In this document: one piece after another, positions 57,375-64,000 of the stretch
Position numbering within the stretch: position 1 is the stretch's first letter
Layout of the letters: every line of letters starts with the position of its first letter
Assembly (NCBI GenBank): GCA_004431415.1
Contig: QPMI01000195.1
Coordinates: 62,001 to 126,000 of the forward strand
Direction of reading: 5' to 3'
DNA length: 64,000 nt
Source of the DNA: Cyanophora paradoxa CCMP329
Taxonomy: Eukaryota; Plantae; Glaucophyta
The notes under the pieces: generated by a model
The model's input: the letters and a program-made list of their open reading frames with translations, nothing else
What the model was told of the DNA's origin: nothing
Database searches by the model: none
Position numbers and translations under genes: made by a program

Positions 57375-60300
57375 TAGAGCACCCAGGTGCAGGGCCGCCC
57401 AGAGTCTTAAGCTGCAGGCCAACGTTGATTATACAACGTGCTATAAATGTGCGTACGCGTACGTGTATACGCGAACGGTCGCCGTATACGTATGCTTTCG
57501 CAGTGCGACGGTGACTCGAGCGCTAGCCTGCCGACGTCAAGGTCGCCTCGAAGCTTGTTGTTCAACGGCTGCGCTAAAGAAGATCGATTCGAATTCGTAG
57601 CTGCGCATGCAAGACTATGTTTACAGTTAGCTGCAGGGTGCAGCTGCAGTGCGATCATCGATGTGCTAAATAGCTAGCGCCGCTCGCGCGGGGGTCCAGC
57701 CGGGGGGCTGACTGACGACAGCCATAGTCGGGTGACTAAGGTTACCGTGTGGCACTATAATACCGCGCCCACTTAATTACCGCGGTACCGAATTACCGCG
57801 CCGAGAATTTGTTAAAACGCGGTAATTTGGTACCGCGGTAATTCTCTCCTGAGATGTCGATCGCCCCATACAGTACCCCCTACAATTACCGCCCCATACA
57901 AGCCTCAAGTTTAAAACGCGGTAATTTGGTAACGCGGTATTTTGGCCACCCTCGGGCCGGACCGGAGTTTCTGACGCGGTAATTTATGCCGCGGTAATTT
58001 AGTGCCACACGGTATATTACTGACTCAGTGAGTCTGGTAACGACTCTACTAACGAGTCACTAACGACTCGCCGCCGACTCGGCGCCGAGTCGCCGGACTC
58101 TGGTACGGTGGGCCGTCGGTGGCCAGTGGCCACTGGCCCAGTGGGCCACTGGCCCCAGTGGCCACTACTACCGTAGTAGTACGGCCCACTATCATAGTAT
58201 ACTAGCCCCAGTGGCCACTGGCCATCGATATCCATCCTCAGTGACTATGATATATACCGGTACGAACCCTGACTCCCGGGAGTCCGAGGCTCCCGGAGTC
58301 CTCTACCTGGTAGCTCCGCCGAGTCCGAGGCTCCGGGATCCGAACTTCGGAAGTCCTGCAGCTGGCAGCTGCACACAGTGCAGCGCTAGCCTGCAGGCAG
58401 TGGCAGCAGGCCGCCCGGCGCGGGCCGACGTCGACCCTCGTGCACGTGGCGCTAGCCTGCAGGCCGACGTCGACCCTCGTGCACGTCACTGAGTCACAGC
58501 AACACGTGCACTTTTCAAGTTCCCGAAGAGTTCCGAGTCCGACGGTCTTTTGACTCCCGAGTCCCGACTCCCGAGGCTCCCGAGCTAGTTACTTTCTGAC
58601 GATTCGAGTCTCTGACTCGGCGGATCATGGGTGGGAAAACTGACAATTCGCGATCGCGAATCATCGAGTGCGATCATCCGGTCCGCGGCGGATGATCATG
58701 ACTCAGTGAACTTCGTAAATCGAATCACCGTGGCACGCCGCACGAGTCACTGAGTCACAAGCAGGGGGGCAAGCCCCCCCGCACCCCCCCATTTAATAAT
58801 TCCAGCTGCAGTCTCTGTCTGTGCGTGAAATTAAACATGCATGAATTTGAAACGCGATACATACCCGTACGTGTACGGGAGTTTCGCCCCATCGCAGTAT
58901 CTCAGAAAAAATGCCAGATCTAGACTTCGAATTCAGGGCACTGCGGTCTTTCTTTGTCTTCAAATTTAAATAGCCTCGCTACTTCGAATTCATCATTAAT
59001 AGGCGGGCGCCTCGAGCCTTAAGCTTCGAAATATTCGCTGCTTCCGCTAGCTATAGCCGAGCGCTGCGTTGGCTTCGCCTGCTGATGTGCTCCTTCAAGA
59101 CAAGCGCCTATGCTAGCGCTAGCCACGTACGTGTGTACAGACGCTATCTATGCAGCAGGAGCAGTGCGTACACGGTCACCGGGTTGCTGAGCGCAACGTT
59201 CATGACAGCTGCAGCTGCGCTTCTGCAGCCTGCCAGGCTGCGCATGTCGTATACGTAGTGCGGGCTGTAGCTGCGTTAACTTAAGCTTTTTAAGCCTGCT
59301 TATAAAGCCTACATCAGCAGTATACGTACTAGTCCAGCGCTAGCTATATACAAGCGAGTCCCTGCGGAGCAGGAGTGGCCTTGGGTCTTGGGGTTTCAAG
59401 ACGTGAGGGTGGCCGCTCTTTGTTTTTAAACGGGGGCCGGCAACCGCGCGCGGTTACCGTACTGTTGAGAGGACTATGCCGCCTATAGCTAGAATCTTCT
59501 AGCTTGGTCTAGCTAGCGCCAGCGATAGCTATGTAGTAGCCTAGTAGCGGCGCTTGCTGGCGCCGGCGGCGAGCCTGGCGCGGCCGGCGCGCGCCGGCGT
59601 CCGCGATCGCGACGGTCGCGCGCGGCGATCGATCGCGATCACGTCGGCGCTCGAGCTCGATCGATCGTTGATCGCGATCGTTAGCGAGACGCGCGGCGAT
59701 TCTGCCGGCGAAGCGCCTAGTGACTCCAGCCTTCCAGCCGGGTACAGAGGCTCTTTGCAATTTCCATCGGCGAAGGGGAAGCAAGCTGGAACCAATGACA
59801 ATCGCGCTTGTCCGTGAATGGGTGAATTGACTTTTTGTGCCAATGGCGATCGGGCTTAACGCGAACAATTTCGTTCGTACGTGCTGTTAGTGCTTGTTAG
59901 AGGTGTCCCATTTGAAAAGTAGCGCCGCCATCGTGCTCCCTAGGGTCGAAAATGGGTACCTAGGTCTAAAAATTTTGTCTATAAAATCAAGTTGAAGTTT
60001 GCCACAAGATAGGCACAGACCTAAGGGCCTCTCCTTTCCCCAAGGCCGATAGCTGCATGTAGACTGCAGTCACGGTGTGTTTCCGTTACTTTCCGTTACT
60101 AGTATCCGCCATTTTCCGTTACTTTCAAAAAAGTTCCGTTATCCGCGGATAAGCCATGGCGCGCGGCCACCACGTAGTTTCCGTTTGCAAACGATGTCAA
60201 ACTTGAAAATCTAGCGTTTTGGGGAACGACGTCATTTTGGGTAACTACGTTCGTCGATCGATATCCACGTACGCCGCGGCCCGCGGGACGAGTCGACGTC

Positions 60301-61730
60301 GACGTCGACATTAACTTAGTAAATCTAGCGTTTTGGGGAGATTCGCGAGTCGCGACCTCGACTCGCCGTGGTCTAGCTGTGGTCCGCGGCCGATTCGAAC
60401 TTAGTATGCCACCGTGGCACCTAGGCCTGCAGGCTGCAGCTGGCATGCAGCTGCAGCAGCTAGTGCACGTGGCTGCGGCAGCTGTCGGGCCCCGGGGGTG
60501 AGTCGGGTCTACGCCGATATCGATGTCGACACTCGACGTGTTCGCACATGAGGGTTCATATTGGGTGCGACAAAACGGGGAACTGAATCGAAACTGCAAG
60601 CTCAGCCGGCCGTGTTAACCCGATTTTTTTCGCAAGTGTCCGCTTGCGTCTTAAGTAATAAGTTATAACTTAGTATGATCATCGGATCGGCAGTGATTCG
60701 GCACCAGTACCGTGGGCGGTACGTACACTGATTGCCACTGATTCAATCTGATTGGCAAGTTAAGAAGACATGATTAGCAGTCTACACTGAGTGTCACTGA
60801 CTTTACAGTGCCAGTGTCTGTCAGTGGCACGACTCAGTGCTGTAAGCCTGTACTGGACCTACTGGTAACTACCGGTACGGTACCTCACCAATCAAACCGA
60901 CGGCCGGCGCCGGCGCCGCCGGCTAGCGGCGCCTAGCGCTTGATATAAACCGTTGAACTTCAAAGGCTTTAAAATTAAAATCCGATCGTTGATCATGCAT
61001 ATGAGCCCCGGCCGCGGGCAGGGGCCGCAGCCAACTAGGCCCGCAGCCTGGCCGCAGGGCCGGGCCCGGCCGGCCCCGCCGGCGCCGGCGCCCCCGACGG
61101 CCCGGCGACGGGGCTCGGCCGCTCGGGGCCCCAATCTGCAATGATTCGATTTGCGCACGTGCACAATGCACTGTGGTGACTGCAGCTGTCTGCGGCCCCC
61201 AGTCTGCGGGCACTGCGGAGTCAGTGCGGACTCTGCGGTCCGACTCAGTGACTGCGGAGTGCATCGAATCTATTGCCAGAGTTGATATCGATATTGCTGT
61301 GCAGTGTGCATAGGCTCCGGGCTGCATAGCAGTGATGGCCGCCGGGCACATGCATATTGGCACTGCATTCATGTGGTCACCGGGTAGTGCATGCAACCTG
61401 AAGTCGCCGCCGGCGACTCGGCGGCGAGTCGACCCGATGATCATCGGATGATCATGACAGCATGGACAAGTCGTACGGTCTCGTACGGGACTCGGTAACG
61501 GGAGTCGTACCGGTAACCGACAACTTCGAATTCCCGGGTCCGAAGTTCGCACACCAGATACTACCCGGTAGTACGTCCAGCTTTCCAGTATTGGGCGATG
61601 GGGCCTTTACTAAATTACTTTTGAATGCAAAGTTTGCCGGCGCCGCCGGCGCGGACTAAAAAAGTCAAAAACGAATCGGCTAATATGCATCTTACGAAAA
61701 AAGGGTTTTCGACCTTTGTTTTTAAACGAG
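57375..61730. repeat. Second copy of the host repeat, containing the empty PLV target site (AACGAA at 61670-61675)
   Basis: GGACTAAAAAAGTCAAAAACGAATCGGCTAATATGCATC equals the left flank joined to the right flank of the PLV; interrupted by a MITE and a ~1.9-kb insert (58757-60675). Confidence 0.88.
57745..58012. mobile_element. MITE (pogo type)
   Basis: TA|CCGTGTGGCACTA...TAGTGCCACACGG|TA; many AATTACCGCG subterminal repeats in both orientations. Confidence 0.8.
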
Positions 61731-62241
61731 TCGGCGAGTCGACCCGCCCGGCCGATGTGGGCCGATGATCATCGGATGATCATGACACTGTGACAACATG
61801 GACAAGTCGTACGGTCTCGTACGGGAGTCGTACCAGTAACCGACACTGTGACAACTTCCGAAGTTCGCACACCAGATACTATTATATGTCCAGCTTTCCA
61901 GTATTGGGCCGCTACGAGTTATGGGCCTTAGGCGCAGTTTCCGCCATACAAACCTTTTTCCGAGTCAAGTCGATTGACTAAAACTCGGCCGAGATTTTAG
62001 ACTGGGAACACCTTCCAAGTCAAATTAGTACAGCGCTGGGGCCGTCGAGGTCCCCGTACTAATTCGACTTGAAAGTCGCCGGGGCCTACAGTAGTTTATT
62101 GAAATGTTCACGTCCACGCAACAACAAATAATAGCAAACTCGCTACTTTACATGTCGACATGTAATTTTCTAAAAGCGAAAACGAAAGATTTCTGATTTA
62201 GCGCCCGCTATTTTCCTTCAGTTCGTTTCGGGCTCCAGATA

Positions 62242-64000
62242 TTGTGCATGTGCGACCCTTATGATCACAGGTGCGTGCTGAGAATGAAAGCAAGGGCGCC
62301 GCTGAAGGCGAAGCCGACAATGGCAAGCCCCTGGATGCGCACTCAACAAGTTAGAGGCGGAATCTGCAGAAACGGGTGTACAAAATGTTTGCAAGTTGCA
62401 CTAACCGAGGGCACGCTTGAGGGCACCGCAGCGTTCGGCCCTGCAACAAAGAGCATGGATCCGCAGATTAGTTTCGGTTGGTATTCATAAAAACGTATAA
62501 AAGTATAGTTATTCTTACTGTACGGAATCGTTGCCGAGCCAGCCGCCGTCCACTGGAATGCCTACCAGAGCACGTATCAGTCATTGACCAAACTCTGCAA
62601 TTGCGATCGCGTTCTGCAATTGCAGTTGGACGTGTGGGCTGTGCGCACATTCGCGAAGACCACCGGAATGAACGGAATCTCGCCAGGACCGGCCTCGATT
62701 TGGATGTTGTACTGTGCATATGCATGCGATCAGTTTGTTCAGTCCAGAATGAGATATTCGTTGCGATCAATACGCGTACCGGAGTATTGGTCGAGAACAG
62801 AAGGCGACGACGCGACAATGCCGGTGCCTCTGCATTTTAAAAACGTATTTATCAATTATCAAACGTAAAACGCGCTCGATAAATTTATGGTGCTTGCAAT
62901 TGACGCACTGAATCGCACGACGACGTCGACGCCAGTTTCCGAGACACTCACATCGCTGGCCTGCCGGCTGTTGCCGGCGTTGTCGGTGATAAAGACCAGC
63001 AGCGCTTTCCGGCCACCCTGCGGGATCCGAAGAGTCCGTCAGCAAGTTCGAGAGAAAATTTGTGTGTGAACTGTCAGGTTAATTGTAATGCAAAGCACGT
63101 ACCAACGGGAAATTGCCGAGAGAGATTGATATGAAGTCAGTAGAGCCGTTCTAAAGACGCAAATTGAACACGGTTAGCAAGGGAATGACAATTAAATATT
63201 CTCTTCACGCGTACGGCCACGTTTATCAACTCGCGATCGAACTTAAGCTCACCTGAGGGGCCTGAGCGATGATGTCTGTGAGATTAAGCTTGTAGATCTC
63301 GCGGCCTTTAACGTCCTGCGGGGATGCGCATATTATAATCAGATGGTTTCGATCGCGAGCAACGCGAGGTCGACGTCGCGACATCGATCAATCACGCAAT
63401 TGCAAGAGATGACACCTTGTCTTTCACGAATGCAGACACGTTGAACTGAGAGCGCAATGATTACTTAAAAATGGAGTACATGCAAAGCAAGCTTAAATGA
63501 TTACAGGGGCGAACCGCTTTGCCGTTCACGAGCACGGGCACGGTGGAGGTTCCAGAGCTGAAAATTGGCTGCAAACGTTCAAGCGATTGTGGTCTCAATT
63601 GCAAATTGCGGCCAGAAATCGTGAAATTGAATGAAAGCAATTGCACCAGGATAGGAATATCACCAGGGGTCGGAGACGGCGTGGGCAAAGACGCAGGGGG
63701 GGGCGAGGTGGGGGTGGGCGTTGCGACGGCCGCGGGGGCTTCGCTGCACGCGCACGCGGAACCAAAGTCAGCAGCCCGATCGCGAGAGTTCAAGCGTCTA
63801 GAAGATTTCGATCGTTATGTATACCTTGGGGTCGGGCTCGGCGAAGGGTCCGCGATCTTGCTCGGGCTCGGCGACGGGCTCGGGCTCGCGATCGGGCTCG
63901 GGCTCGCGCTCGGGCTCGGGCTCGAGCTGGGAGACGGGCTTGGGCTCGGGCTCGGGGACGGGCTGGGGGACGGGCTCGGGCCTGGAGTTGGAATGCAATT
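62242..64000 (-). CDS. Spliced Ser-Pro-repeat surface protein, partial (5' end beyond the window)
   Basis: (SP)n tract at 63.83-63.98 kb in the alternative frame, PTPTSPPP stalk, RRRLL motif; paralogous to 18.85-19.25 kb. Confidence 0.5.

Noticed and set aside
55500-57400. Possible degraded gene or transposase
   Set aside because: No recognisable motif in any frame, so no call can be supported.
60065-60200. TTCCGTTA repeats suggesting a hAT/CACTA end
   Set aside because: No matching opposite end or TSD found.
1-64000. Host species assignment
   Set aside because: Style fits a GC-rich flagellated alga or protist, but nothing in the window identifies it without a search.

Overview
Eukaryotic nuclear DNA from a very GC-rich, intron-dense flagellated protist. 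1-18 kb holds ordinary spliced host genes: a Man1/Src1-like inner-nuclear-membrane gene, a filamin-repeat/vWA-like gene, two tRNA-Ser(AGA), PPP2R3C and CCDC146. 18-24 kb and 52.6-64 kb are repeat/TE-rich. The centrepiece is a complete 28.4-kb endogenous Polinton-like virus (24181-52575) with 517-bp TIRs and a 6-bp TSD (AACGAA), and an un-inserted copy of its target site lies in the same window (61670-61675). It encodes pPolB, an rve integrase, an A32-type packaging ATPase, an NCLDV-looking major capsid protein, two penton-like proteins, a patatin lipase and a probably spliced terminal gene. It also has a large cassette of bacteriophage-style fibre genes: five paralogues with one shared N-terminal anchor and different tips, plus a ~1073-aa His-repeat fibre. 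The long fibre is split by a young Gag-only LTR retroelement (31585-36920, identical 283-bp LTRs, GGCGT TSD) whose primer-binding site has tRNA-Sec geometry. All calls come from motif reading by eye; no searches were run.
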